A stretch of 64,000 bases of DNA from Epiperipatus broadwayi (GCA_028023455.1 JAQFVV010000006.1:15500001-15564000), one strand, 5' to 3'. Positions 39,250 through 52,668 are shown, counted from the first letter of the stretch. The notes: generated by a model not told the origin, from the sequence alone. Made by a program: numbers and translations.

Positions 39250-39690
39250 AATCTTGGGTTATCAGGTTTCCTTATTCTGTCTGGTAGTTCCTTGGCCCAT
39301 GGCTGAAGTCCAGCATTGACAAGAACTCGGCCATTTCCTCCACATCTTTAATCCTGCTTCCTGCCATCAACTATTGGATTGGCAATGGCATGTTTCTTTG
39401 GATGGTGCTGATGATATGGGTGTCAGAGAATGCGAATGTGGTAAGCGATCTAATGCGGTTCATCAGGTATATGAAAAATTGCATGTGAGTTTCTTTGATT
39501 GCTCCATAATTTTCCTGACAGATTGTATTCAGGATCCCACTCTCGATCATCACTCCAGTAGTAGTTTAATAAAGTTTTACTGTAGACTGTGAATTTGTTC
39601 AGTTTTCCTTTCAGCATACCCCACCAGTCTCTTGTGTAACCTTGTAGGTAATGGCTGGTGATTGCAGTCTGTTCATGGGAGCTAATTTTA
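39250..39690 (-). mobile_element. Decayed Ty3/Gypsy-type gag (capsid) remnant
   Basis: SHYLQGYTRDWWGMLKGKL..F..Y...LLNYYWS / ..ENYGAIKE..F..LMNRI..L..FSD..II..I.RNMP.PIQ...KDVEEMAEFL.MLD; frameshifts and stops present. Confidence 0.55.
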
Positions 39691-40735
39691 AAGAATCAAA
39701 AAAAATCTCTCAGGCTCTCCAAGTGTGGGTGGGGGTTTTCTCCTAGTTCTCCAAGAAAGATCCTAATTGTGATAACTTTAGCCAGCTGGGTTTAAAGTTC
39801 TATGTCTGATACTAGTGTTGGTATTGGTGATGTTGGCGTTCGCTGTACTACCATTGTTAATTTGAAGTAGTGATAGGTCACTATTGGCGGCCTTGTGTTT
39901 AGTAGTATTTGTACTTTGGCATATGTCATCATCATTTTTTGCATTAGTTGAATGATCGGACTCAAGGTTTGTGTTCAGGGGTTTCTCTGTAATGATGGGA
40001 CTGAGTTCAAGTCCATTTGGTCTTTTCTTAATTCATTTATTTCTTGACTGCTTTTCGTGAAGCGTTATTTAATTTTAAGTTGGAGGGCTTTCTGTTCCTC
40101 TTTCACTTTTCCCAATTTCTTGAGTGATGAATCTGGTAAACCTCTACATTCCTCATTCCTCCTTTAGGATTCTTCCCATCTTCTCACTCTTTTCTCACTT
40201 TGTATGAAGCTAAGTACATTATTCTAAAGTCTTCCAGCTCAAACTGAAAACCCAAGGGTAGAAATTGGCAACATTCCCTTGAGAGAGAACAATTTGGTAA
40301 CAAAGTAGAAAACAGTTAGGACATCTAGACACCCGTATAAATTAATGTTGCATCAGCATTACCAATTGTGGAACTCTTTTAGCAACTGGGCAACTAAATA
40401 TCTATATTATGCAAATTTTGTGAAAGTCTCAAAGTGTTCCAGTTCGTACAGAAAATAATGTGGATTCAGAATCAACATCAGGTGAGTTTTTATATTTTTT
40501 AACTTGTTAACAGTCTTGGAATTTATTTTTTTAAGTAGAGGCCTTTGGCCTATAGCTAACCACTCTAATCTGGCTTGATCAAATAAGATCATGAGCATAA
40601 AAATAACAAAATTGACTAGTATAAACTGCTGTATATAGACAAATATTATAGGAATTATACAACTATAGAACATTATTGTATAAAGAATGTTAGCCAGTGG
40701 CAAAAATGGTGGTCGCAATGGAATGCAATTAGTAT

Positions 40736-41150
40736 TGTAATGGAAATAATGGGAGATGTTTTTCATGAAGGTTTATGTGTATGATAAATCTGCCCAAAGA
40801 GAATAAATACTCTGTAATAAAGATATCAAGGAAAAATACACTTAATGCAGAGAGAACATGCAGGATGCAAGAGAATATGAAACAGTGCACAAACACAGCA
40901 CTCAGCATAGAGACTTACAATGGAACATGGTAATTAGCAGATAGCATGTCAGACAGGACAGACATTGCAGAAGCATATAATGACCCTAACTGTTGTACCA
41001 GTTAACCATTGAATAAACAGATCAAAATGAGATTCAGCCTATATATGAAGATATGTAGCCAGACATCATATTGGAAGGATTAGACAAGATTATCTTGAAT
41101 GCTGAAGAGTAGAAAGGTAACCCATAGCATTTAGTATTAACATTGTATGC

Positions 41151-41190
<40 letters not shown>

Positions 41191-41521
41191 ATTATGACTT
41201 TGCAGATAGTGTTCAACCTTAGCCATAATTGTTAACTTGTTAGCAGAGGTGAAACAGGAGTGAACTAAAATATAGTAAAGTATCTTCCAAGTCTCTGAGA
41301 GCCTGGGTTACCTATAGCAAAACTTATGTGGAAGTGATGAAATAAGGAGTGGCACGATACCAAGCAATCTAGGGCAAACTGAAAGCATCAATCTGATAAT
41401 CATCTGTTCTGTGAGCAGAACATGAGAGGTGACAATGGTACCCTGAACTGCTTATTCCTGTACTAACTAACCATAATATATATGGATATATGACTGATAA
41501 ACATGCTAGATTATAATTACA
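40736..41521. mobile_element. Candidate LTR adjacent to the gag remnant
   Basis: TGTAAT...ATTACA terminal inverted hexamers; orientation and PBS ambiguous. Confidence 0.3.
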
Positions 41522-41953
41522 ATTGGTATTAATGTATTATCAAAGATTAAGTCACTAAACACAACAGAAGTGGCACAGATGATAGTTTAAGTACACAACT
41601 TCATGCAAACATGTCTATCAAGTTGCATGTGTGTCATACTCCCAACGGCATGAAACTCAAGGTTACCTTTATTTCATTTACAAATGTCACATTTTTACCG
41701 AGTGTTTGAGTGAAGCCTTTCACTCTTCAATAATACACAAATGATTGTTAATAAATCTTATTAGATTAGAAATGGTATTCATTATAATCTTAAATAAAGT
41801 CATTAAGTTTAATAAAGATCAAATATATCCTTATTAATCTTTGTGGATGTTGCATGAAAATATCTACCTATTTAAGTAATCAACTCATCTACTCATGCAT
41901 TATGATTTCATGCTTTTAGATATTGTAACTAGCTTACACCATTGCACTTTTAA

Positions 41954-42144
41954 TTTATAAACAAGGCAAAACTCTCCGTACAGTAGTGCCACCCTGTGCC
42001 AACCAGAGTAATCAATGGATACCAGAAGGTATCCATTACTCTGGTTGGCACAGGGTGGCACTACTGTATGGAGAGTTTTGCCATGTTTATAAACAATTAT
42101 GTGCTAGTATAAAAGATGGTGATCATGTGATGCTTAATGGTTTA
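41954..42144. mobile_element. Family B fold-back copy
   Basis: Arms 41954-42023 / 42028-42093 around a 4-nt AGAA loop; tail to TGGTTTA at 42144. Confidence 0.88.
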
Positions 42145-42404
42145 TCACTTTAGGTTTGCAGTATGTTAAAATTTATACCATCCATTTCAATTCAAAAGCC
42201 AATCTATGGATAGCCTTTGGTATAATAATGTTTAAAAAACACAAGACTCTTATTGACCGGTATGGAAGAAAAAATTTCCATAATTTTTAACTCAAGTGAT
42301 TGTCTTTTTGAAAAAGTGATCCATTTTAAAATATTTTGGCAACTTTTTAATTAAAAAGCTAGAATTAAATATTGAGATGCAAGCACAATCTAATTGCTGC
42401 TACT

Positions 42405-42520
42405 ACTTTTCTGAAGAAGGCTGCAGGACAGTCAAAACATCAGATTGTGTGTGTGTGTGTGTATGTAAAATAGATTTTTTTTTTGCTAAAAAGTATTTGA
42501 AGTAAGATTGTACAAATTAG
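42405..42520 (+). ncRNA. Decayed HHR of the same family as the 13153 motif
   Basis: CTGAAGA-A-GGCTG(cagga)CAGTC-AAAAC-ATC-AGA (G12>A); downstream TTTGCTAAAAAGTATTTGAAGT matches about 13209-13230. Confidence 0.6.
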
Positions 42521-42712
42521 ACTTATATAAAATATTTCAGCAAAATAAAGGAAGTGTTAGATTTAGTAATAAAAAAAGGCAAATGCTTTATCACTCAGGA
42601 GTTTTTAAGATATTTGAGTGCCAGAATCTATCCTGGAACCTCCGGATCCTAAATTGGATGCTCTAGAAACTTTGTCAAACCATGCAGGGTTAGCAATAAA
42701 TTAAAAGATAAT

Positions 42713-42916
42713 GGCAAAACTCTTCATACAGTAGCGCCACTCAGTGTAAGCCAGAGTAATCAATGGATGCAGGAAAGGTTTGTGCACAAAATCCCTATCC
42801 ATTGATTATTCTGGTTTGCACTGAGTGGCACTACTGTACGGAGAACTTTGCCTCTGTGTAAACAGCTTGTGTAAGTGTAAAGAATGTTTGTCATGTGATA
42901 TTTATTAGTGGTTTAA
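42713..42916. mobile_element. Family B fold-back copy
   Basis: GGCAAAACTCTTCATACAGTAG...ATCAATGGAT / ATCCATTGATT...ACTTTGCC plus tail ending GGTTTAAT. Confidence 0.85.
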
Positions 42917-45900
42917 TGTTCCATCTCAGTAATACAAATACTGCAGCACTATTATTTGTATAAGTAGCTTATATTTTAATTGGATTCAATATTGATTTAA
43001 CTTAAAGTTGTTAAAAAAGTTTCATTTAAGGATGTTCCATAATATCCTAAAAATATCTTGGCAAGATCATAAGACCAATGGATTATGTTCTTCTAATTGC
43101 TGAATGAAATACTATATAGATTATTATTGTAAAATCACTCATCATTGTATTGGACAAGTGAAATGAAAGATGATAACAAACTTTCTTAGAAAGTATTTTA
43201 CTGTGAACCTGAGTGTGTCTTAAGTGGAAGAAACATAACTTATTTATATGAAGATTATTTTAAAATCATTCTGTAGATATGCAATTTTAACTGATTCAAG
43301 AAGATATTGAGAATAAAATACATTGAAGAGATCCATTAAACAATATATTGAAGTTTTTCAGAAATAAAAGTTAGCAGCATAAAGTAAAAGATATTAAACA
43401 AGTAATGGATTATTAGTGTTGTCTATAGGTAGAGACATCTGTGGTTGAAGGTTGGTTTCTATAGTCATCGCAAAACTCATTTCCAGTGGGTTATTATTTA
43501 TCTTTTTTTTTCAGAATTAGAATGTGGCAATACACATTTGTACTACTGCTTCTAAAAAGTACTTCTTAAGTAAATTTGTGTAGAATACAGCAATAAATTC
43601 AAACCAGTAATAGGGAATTAGACCGCTAGGTGGCGCTTTACCTGCATAAAAAGGCTTAGTTATGCCAAAGACCATTTATCTGCTGTTAGTATATTTTTTG
43701 ACTGTCTTCAATTAGTATGTTTGAAATGATAGCATGTATATGAATTATTTTATTTACATATACAGTGTATCCTAATGAAAAGGGGAGTTTTTTTCCTAAG
43801 CCACCTGCAACACCACCTATGAACCAATGTGTGCATTATATAACAACCTAATATTATTCACAACACATGAACTGTGACAAAGTGTTTTTGTATCTTCACA
43901 GATCATCTTCTTGTCATCACAAAATCTTGCAAATCATTTAAAAATATTTTAGTGACTCATAATTTAACTGCCCCACATAGTTTGAACCATTTTAAATGTT
44001 TCAGCAGTATGTTTCAGTACTATTTTTGCACAATTTGAAACCAAATTTTGTTTTACTACATTGTTTTATCATAGTTAAGATATAACCATCACATTTCATG
44101 TCATAATCCAGATACTGCTAGTACCATAAAATATTTGTGGTAAATAGCTAAACTATGCCACAACATAATACATGCATAGGGTTCAGAGGTTTGATGAAAA
44201 TATTATGAAACAGAATATTGAATGTATGCTAATTTATGATAATAGCAAGGAAAGTAGTTTACTGTTTAAGGCTCAAACAAGATCGTTAACAATAAGGGAA
44301 CATACACATAAATCGAGAAATATGGGTGACTTAGTATGCAAGTTATGTAAAGAAGCCATGGAAAATATTAGGCATCTGTTAGTAAATGCTTATAAAAAGA
44401 AAGAGTACAAATAATGAAGTAGTGGAAGAATAAATATAAATAAAGTGATTATACATAAAGTGGGTTCTTGGTTTTTTATGCTAGGTTTGGGAAAAAGATA
44501 AGAGGATTTAGATATAAAGGCCATAGAGTGGACAAAGAAAATGTTGTGGAAATGAGATGGAGCAGGATAGAGAAGAATATGGGAAAAACTTAGGATGGGG
44601 AAAGGCAAGGTAAGGTAAGGTAGCTAACAGGTTTCTCTGGGCATAGTGGCTGAGAGATTCCTGACTCCGAGAAAGAAAAAGTCATACTGCATTGCATCAC
44701 ACAAAACACCTTTTCACTATGATATTGTGTATATACTATATTATAGTCATTCTCAAACCTGTGGGTTCTGATCTCTCAGGGATCATGTAAAAATTGTTAG
44801 GGGATGCAAAATTTTTAGGAAATTTTCTTTTGGATAATGATAATTTTTATTTTTTTTGAAAGAATTTAATATTTAAAAATTAGATCAAAATCGAATGAAA
44901 ATAAATTGTTTTTGTACTTATCATAATTTTTTTGTTGTTGTACGTATACGATTTAATTTACTTAAAGTCATATGTGCTTAATACTAAAATATTAGGAACT
45001 CATCATCATTGTAAATCATTATCAATCCACTGCAGGATGGTCTCTCCAAGTTCAATCCCTTTTCTCCCATCTCTAGCTTTTTTTCTCCACATAACCCTTG
45101 CACCCTTTCCTATTTCATCTATCCATTTCACATGTGGTTTCTTTCTGGGTCTTTCACAATCTCTTGGAATCCATTTTAAGATTTCAATTGTCCATCTGTT
45201 ACCATCTCTTCTAGCAATATATCCAGCCCAATTAATTTGTATTAGGAAATACAAATTTGTATATTAATTAAAACTACTATTGTTTTATTATGAATTTCCT
45301 TACATAGCCATACTTATAAAAACAAATAATGGTCAAATTTTCATATGAGAAGGGGGTTATAAGGGTAAAAAAGTGGTGCACCACTGCATATTGTATTACT
45401 CTATTTGTAATTAGTGATTCAAAAAGGTCGTTGTTTGTATCTTAAGTAATATCTTATCCAACGTAAGACATTTTAATATATTGAAAATCACTTAGTTATA
45501 ATAAAATAATACTGTATATGTAATAGAACTGTTTGTCATTCGGAAGACTGTTAGACATTCGAGTCAAGCGTAGGAAATCACAAAATACTCATCAAATTCA
45601 ACATTCTTCCAACGCATTAAACGGCGCAGAGGTCGTAGCGAACAGAAAAATTGATTTAAAACTAATTTTAAGTTCAGTATTGATTTTCTCGCTAATTTTC
45701 TTCCATTGAATAAATGATAACAATTTAAAGAAAGCAAATATACTTATTAATATCATGTACAAAAACTTTATTGAATTTTTAAAAAGTTAAAATGACTATA
45801 AAAAGTTAAAATGACTATTAAAGGGATCTGCACCCCCCCTCCCTCCAACTCATTAATGCACGTGTGGTTTGGTGTTGTGGTAGAGTGGCGAGTCTCTGGA

Positions 45901-46614
45901 GTTCAAAGTATGTCATTCCTAGTTCTCGAACTTTTCGTTAACTGCCAGGCAATAAAACATTCAATTCTCTAATTTATTAAAAAGGAAAACAAGTTACTAA
46001 GCAAAAAAAAAACCATTACCTTTATTATCGGTGCTTTTAAAAATTTAATTTACTACCCTGACTCTAGAGATTGGAATCAAACCGGAAATGTTTGGGAGAG
46101 ACTGCGCGTTTGAAACAGTGCCTAGAACCAATTGCTTCCCATCGCAACGATGTTTACTACATGTAAAAATGATTTATTACAGAATTAATTTTTTAATTAA
46201 AGACTAACAATGAAATTTTTGCCAATTTATTATTAAACTAATTTTCAAATTATGAAAAAATGATTTTGTTGTGAGCGAAGGTACGAATTAAAATCCTATT
46301 TTTTCCTTAATTTATAAGGTTCGGTTCACTAGATTACAATTCACTGATAATTAATCATATATTAATTGAAAAAGTAATGAAAATAAATGCTTTTTTAAAC
46401 GCATGACAGATATTAACCCTCTTTTGACTATTTATATCCTAATTTGTATATATAACATCAGAGTTGCAAACTCTCTATACAGTAGTGGTCACGTGATGTG
46501 TTAATGGTTTTATACCATGAAATAATGCCCTAATTTATACAGAAAGTGTAATTCTAAAAATGAAAAAGGAATTAGAAAAGGGGAAGTAGATTTAGCTTGG
46601 TTACAAATATATTA

Positions 46615-47010
46615 AGGGCAATGGTTAATTTATTACATATCTACTTACGAACTGTAAGCTTTAGTAACTAATAGATAGCAAAATAGTGCTTGACAATTTC
46701 CTATCTTGAGCTGACTCATCTAATATCCTCAGACCAGTTTCGAGCTTATTGTTTTCATCCGTGGGATTGAATGCATCTTTGAGCAACTATCATTTACTTC
46801 TGTTACACTATAAAGCTAGCAGTTCAAACAAGAAGGAAGATGGGTTTGATCCTAAAGGTCCAAAGTTACTACTCCTAGATCCACAGCTCCCCATAGGTGA
46901 AAATTATAAACCTGAATGTAGTCTGGAGATATTGAATAGAACAGAATAGGATAAGATTTATTAAGCATCTGGCATCTATTTAGTTACTAAAGCTTACAGT
47001 AGGGGGCATA
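46615..47010. mobile_element. Diverged family B subfamily, fold-back (related copies 50634-50892, 51290-51560, 58765-58960; mini-relic 46466-46512)
   Basis: Inverted ACTGTAAGCTTTAGTAACTAATAGAT arms; minus strand TCCCA-CGGATGA-AAAC(aataa)GCTC-GAAAC-TG-GTC-TGAGGA. Confidence 0.7.
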
Positions 47011-48382
47011 GAGGTGGTGAAAGAAAACTGAAGCAGCAATATGATAGATAGTAATAATTGGACACTGTTGTCAGAGGTATAGGCCATCAATTGAGTTTGC
47101 GATTTTATAGCACACTTGTCATTAGATTGTGCTACATTCTGAGGATATAAATTTAATAAAAGTCAGGCAGGATTGATACATTTTAAATAAATTTAAATTC
47201 AACTTCAAAGTAACAAAATAAATTTTATTTAATATCAATAATAAAATTGGAAAATAATAATGAATAGAAAACAATTAGAACTTTCATTTAAAATCTCTAC
47301 AGCCTTTTAATAAGTTTCAGTATGGGTGTGTCATTTTTTTGCACATGCTCAGTAGATAAATATAATTATTGCATCGCGTCTTAATTGAAAAAAGTTATTC
47401 ACACATCCGTTTGGGTATAGCTGCAATATATATATAGCTGTTATGACAAATCAATAATAAACTATATCACCATTATGCAGACAATTAGATGCCACTGTAG
47501 TATGCAAATCATCACATTTATTATGCTTCCTCACTGTTCATTTTACTTCATTAGCAACTTCATAGTACTTTATTTCCCATCACTCCACTTGAATGTTTAT
47601 TCCACACACATAAGTCCTAGCAGGAGTTTTATACAAGAGTCCATTTATGCATAATTATTCCTCATTTGCATAATATACATTTAAATATAGGATTAGCATA
47701 TGCAGATTTTCTAGAATAGCTTAATAATAATAAGATAATTTATTCATATACTGTCTGCAATATTTGCATAGTAAAATAGTAATTTTTATGTATATTCACA
47801 TAAGTAAGTTACAAGCACAAAGATAATCAAAGTTATCACCGGATTAATACAGATGTGGCATTTATCAGCAGGTCTAATATGATAATCAAGAATTACTTCA
47901 GGTATGATCAATAATACTTCATTCTAAAGTAAATCTTTAAAAAAAAAAAACAGCCTTAAAGCTGCCATATTGGCATACGTATTTCTTTTGTTGGTTCATG
48001 AATGTTGGATTGAAATTATGCTTAAATGGACTTCGTTCTATGAACATGCATAAAGAATATTATTTTTTTTCTATTCGATCATTCATTTCTGATAGCCACT
48101 CACTCAAAATGATGATGGTTATTCTAATTCCAGAAAAAAAAAAAGCAATATGAAAAAAAGACAAAGGATAAAAGTTTACAAAGTAAAGATAGAAAAAAAA
48201 TATTGAAATCGGAATTTATGACCACTTAGACATCAACTGTTATAATTAATGCAGGGCATAATATGATTTATGGGGCAGTATCAGCATAAGTGACTGAAGG
48301 CAGTATAATAAAACTGGGGTCTTTATTATTGCATTGCCAAATCTATACAATATTAATATCATCTATGTTCTAAATTTACATT

Positions 48383-48550
48383 TGCTTTTTTACAACCCAC
48401 TATTGATGAGAATATAAGTAAAAGTTCTGAAGAAGGTTGCTGGGCAATCGAAACTGTCAATAGTGGGTTGTAAAAAAGCATTGTAAAAAGTAATAAAGAA
48501 CCTAGATGATTTAATATTACATCTGGGATCATTATCAGCAGTAGCATCAA
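48383..48550 (+). mobile_element. Family E HHR repeat with short upstream inverted arm (second copy about 51900-52020; distant relative about 54860-54900)
   Basis: CTGAAGA-A-GGTTGC(tgg)GCAATC-GAAAC-T-GTC-AATAG at 48427-48463; arm 48383-48406 is the reverse complement of 48457-48480. Confidence 0.75.
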
Positions 48551-48629
48551 CTACTTACAAATCACTATAGACATTCCAACTCCAGTAGAAACATAAAGAT
48601 ATGCATTGAGATGAATAATTTTTTGGTTG

Positions 48630-49960
48630 TGTAAATTTATACTACACCATTTTCACCCAAGATAGTGACTGGGTTCTATCTGCCTTTAACACCTTATGGA
48701 GGGGTATAATCATAAATATAATCAATGATGTAATATGGCTGTATGATACCCAAAATGCACATTTCATGCTGAATCAGGACTCATCAGTTGGCCCAAGTCA
48801 CAATCTCTTACACATATCGTTATCATTCTTCAGTATATATAAAAAGCCAATTACTACAGTTTAAATGATAAGTGTCAAATCTACTGCCATTAAAACTTTG
48901 ATACAAATCACTCAATGGAATTATATTAATAATTTTTATTAGTCATTCATTAGATTAGAGATTATCCACTTAATGAATAATATTTCTGGGGTGTGATTTT
49001 AACTACACTGCTCTCAAGGAAAGGTAGGAACTGTTTTTTATTTGCTTTTAATATCTTCTGGAGAGGTGTAGTCCTAAACATATGATCAAAGACAAATGAA
49101 AAAGGTGCGTGATCACAAAGATGCACTTTCTTGCTGAACCAGCATTCATCAGTTGGTCCAGATCACAATCTCTTACACATATCTTTGTCATTGTTCAGTA
49201 TATATAGATATCCAGTTACTACTCTTTATTTGATAAGTATCAAATGTGCTGTTCTTGATGGAAGTATATTAATATTTTTTATTAATTATTCATTAGACTA
49301 GAAATTATCCTTTAATATTTCTATAACGTAATTTTCATGACACCATTCTCATGAAAGGTAGAACTGGTTGCTATTTATATGGGGATTACAATCTTTTGCA
49401 CACATCTTTGTCCATATGTTTAATATTACATCCTTCCACAAGATGTTAAAAGTGGATAGAAACCAGTCTCTATTTGTGTGAGAGTGATATAGTGAAAATT
49501 ACATGACAGAAATATTCATTAAGTGGATAATCTCTTTTCTAAAGAATGACTAATAAAATTTATTAACATACTTCCATCAAGTGGTTTGTGTCAAAGATGT
49601 GAGGGCAGTAAATTTGACACTTATTAATTAAATTGTAGTATTTCCTTATCTATGATTACTAAACAATCGTAAAAATATGAGTAAGAGATTTTGATCTAAG
49701 CCAACTTATAAGTGCTGGTTCAGCATGAAATGTGAATCTTGGGAAACCCATCATTTTCACATGTACTTGGCGATATATTTGTGATTATATCCCTCCACAA
49801 AGTGTTAAAAGCAGATAAAAACCTGTCCCTACCTTGTGTGAGAGTGGGGTAGTGAAAATTACTCTACAGAAATATTCGTTAAGTGAATAATTTTTATTAA
49901 ATAAATGACTAATGAAAATTATTAGTGCACTGAGATGAGTTTTGTGATAATTATGCAAAT
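48630..49960. mobile_element. Family D HHR repeat: two head-to-head tandem arrays of a ~360-nt monomer
   Basis: Left array period 365 (TCATCAG at 48781 and 49146, HHR on minus); right array period 359 (GTGAGAGTG at about 49479 and 49838, HHR on plus at 49701-49743); partial copy about 58340-58400. Confidence 0.82.
48749..48792 (-). ncRNA. Family D hammerhead motif
   Basis: CCAA-CTGATGA-GTCCTG(att)CAGCAT-GAAA-TGTGCA-TT-TTGG; copy at 49115-49157 has stem II ATGCTG(gtt)CAGCA and an AUC site. Confidence 0.75.
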
Positions 49961-50329
49961 TAATTTGTGAGTCATAAATACATCCATATATAAAACATGA
50001 TGATCTGTTATTCCATTTGTTTGATATTTTGCAATGGTGTCCTTTAACTTCTACAGAACTTTTCATTGTGAAAGACTTCAACAATAAATCTAATTGTAGT
50101 TGTCCATATCTGAATGAAAACAATAAATACTGCACTTCTTGTTGAGGTAATCTGTATAATGTGAATGGCATCTACCCCTCCCATAAAAATTTGTTCATGT
50201 TCACTACAAAATATTTGTTTAAGATGTCTTTTCATATTGTGCATTCATTTCACATGCCCTGTCTGACAAAGTTGCGATTTTGCAATAGTGTAGAATCAGA
50301 TCTGGAAAGTTGAAAAACAAAATGATCGA

Positions 50330-50495
50330 CTTTGTGCCACTGGCGTTTGTTGCATTTGTAGAATGGCAAACTTCCGGGTTCAAAATCTGTACATCACAGC
50401 CCAATTCTACCACTTTGTGCCACTGTCGTTTGTTGCATTTGTAGAATGGCAAACTTCCGGGTTCAAAATCTGTACATCACAGCCTAATTCTATCA
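50330..50495. repeat. 83-nt tandem duplication within a possible decayed DNA transposon
   Basis: CTTTGTGCCACTG...ACATCACAGCC at 50330 and 50413; a nearby minus-strand MGGVD (ORF 50044-50244) resembles a piggyBac motif but is too short to assign. Confidence 0.75.
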
Positions 50496-52011
50496 CTTCC
50501 AAACACCAATCTCTTTATGAACTCCCAAGCAATAAATTATTCAACTTTTATTGATTTTGTGATATATGACATTTTTTTAGATAGCTTTCATTTTGAAGAA
50601 CATAACAGTTTTTAAGCAGTTTCTATAAAATAGTTACAAATTTTTTCCATACAGTAATGCCACCTAGAGTAAGCTTCAGCAATCAGTAGATGCTAAAAGA
50701 TTGAGCATTTTAATCCCTATATAGTATCTTCTTATTCAATACCCTAGATTAGGTCCTAGCTTATGGTTTCATCCTCATCTGAGAGCAGACTGGAGCTTAC
50801 CCTAGATGGCGCTATTGTGGGAAGAAATTTGCTATGTTTTTATAGCCTGTGAAAGCATGGGAGAATGTGATCATATGATGTTTAATGGTTTAAGCAATTT
50901 TTCCCCTGAAAAAGCTATAATTTTAATTATTTGTGCTTTTAAATATTATCTCAATATTTTTATTCATTATAAACATCTTTTATGCAGCCACAGGTTCCTT
51001 ATCCATAGATATATAATAAGTACATCAATATTTTTTAGATATTTCTCTTCTTGTAGGTAGCAGGAAAGATTATCATTTTTTAGTGTTTCTGTCCATATTT
51101 TATCAGCTTTTATATTTTTTCTCCCACCTGTGCAGTATCAAAAAGTAAGATCTTTTAAGGGTTATAACATTATCATTTTTCAAATGGACCAACACCTGTA
51201 TAAATGTTATTTAAACTAATAAGATATCACATGACCTATGATCTTATCTTACATAGTTGACTATCCCTTAGCAAGTTATTAGCCATTTTCTCTAAAACTC
51301 CCTATGTTTATGACATCGAGGGTGTTTTAATAATGAATAGATGCCAAATGGTAGTGCTTAATAAGTCCTTATCTATTGCTGTCTCATCCACATATCCCCT
51401 GACTAGTTGTTTCTGGCACTGTCCAAAAAACCAAAAATCTCACATGAAACAGAAACTAGTCTGGAGCTATTTAAATATGGTATCACTAGATAAAGATTTA
51501 TTAAGACTATTAATACCATCTATTGATTCTTAAAGCTTACAATAGATGGCGTAAGCATACTGAGATTGAAAGAAAATTCCTAATAGATAGATAACTTTCT
51601 TTAATAAATTTTACCTCTAAATTACTCAATAACTTTTTGCAACAAATTATTTTAAAAGACAAATCTTCCTCTTAGTAAATATTTTGTCCATCATCCTTGT
51701 TTCACATCTGTATAATGCCTTAATAAACATGCATGGATCCAATGAATTAAGTATAACATAATGTTGTTCAAATCTTTTCCATGACTTGAAAAGATTTTTT
51801 TTTTTTTACTCTGGCTACTTTTAATTTTTTTTTTCTATTGTAATGTAAACTTTCTTTATGAAGTATTATAACTTTATCTTTCTTATTATATGAGAGTTGA
51901 GATTTGGAAATATAAGTAGAAGTTCTGAAGAAGATCACTGGGGCAATTGAAACTGTCAATAGTGGGTTGTAAAAAAGCATTGTGAAAAGTAATAAAGAAC
52001 GTAGATGATAT

Positions 52012-52548
52012 TAAGATTACATGATTCACGATTTCTTATGCTTATGCAAAATGTTTCCACAGAGGCTAAACTCCCCATACAATAGTGCCACAAGTGCAAG
52101 CCAGAATAAATAATGGATACAAGAAGGTTTATGCATAAAATCCCTATCTAGTGCTTACTCATCCAATATCCCCAGACTAGTTTCCGGTTTGTGGCTTTCA
52201 TCAGTGAGAAGCTTTGGATCTGAGAGCACTGCACCTAGATCTTAGAATCTAATGTAACCCTCCAGCAGCCATCTTTTACCTTATTAGCTAACTATAAAGC
52301 TTTGGGTCCAAAATGAAAATGCAATAATATTTTCAATTCAAGCTCATCAGCTTGTATAGCTGTATAGATCTGAACTCAGTCCAGTATCCATACTTTTTGG
52401 TGTTTTTTGGTTCTTTAATAACCATGGTCACCATAATCTTATTGAGGCAGGATTGGTTTTAAACCATTAAACATTACATGTTTCACCACTTCTTATGCTT
52501 ACACAATTGTTTACACAGAAGCTAATACTTCATATAATAGTGCCATCA
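52012..52548 (-). mobile_element. Family B, 1.2 monomers with terminal redundancy (period 455 nt)
   Basis: ATAGTGCC anchor at 52082 and 52537; the complete monomer aligns with 34900-35358. Confidence 0.88.
52169..52210 (-). ncRNA. Family B hammerhead motif
   Basis: TTCTCA-CTGATGA-AAGC(cacaa)ACCG-GAAAC-TA-GTC-TGGGGA: intact CUGAUGA/GAAA, palindromic ACUAGU stem III, GUC site, stem I of 5-6 bp. Confidence 0.75.
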
Positions 52549-52668
52549 AATATATAACACTAAAAACAAACTCATTCATGGAACAAGAAAGACTGAAAAC
52601 ATTACTAAGGTAATTCACTGGCAAAATTCCTAAAGAATTATTCAAATGAACTTATAAGGTCCATCTTT

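Noticed and set aside
46060-46140. tRNA gene on the minus strand (also tRNA-like boxes at 9795-9863)
   Set aside because: Only A/B-box-like motifs; no cloverleaf, so at most SINE heads.
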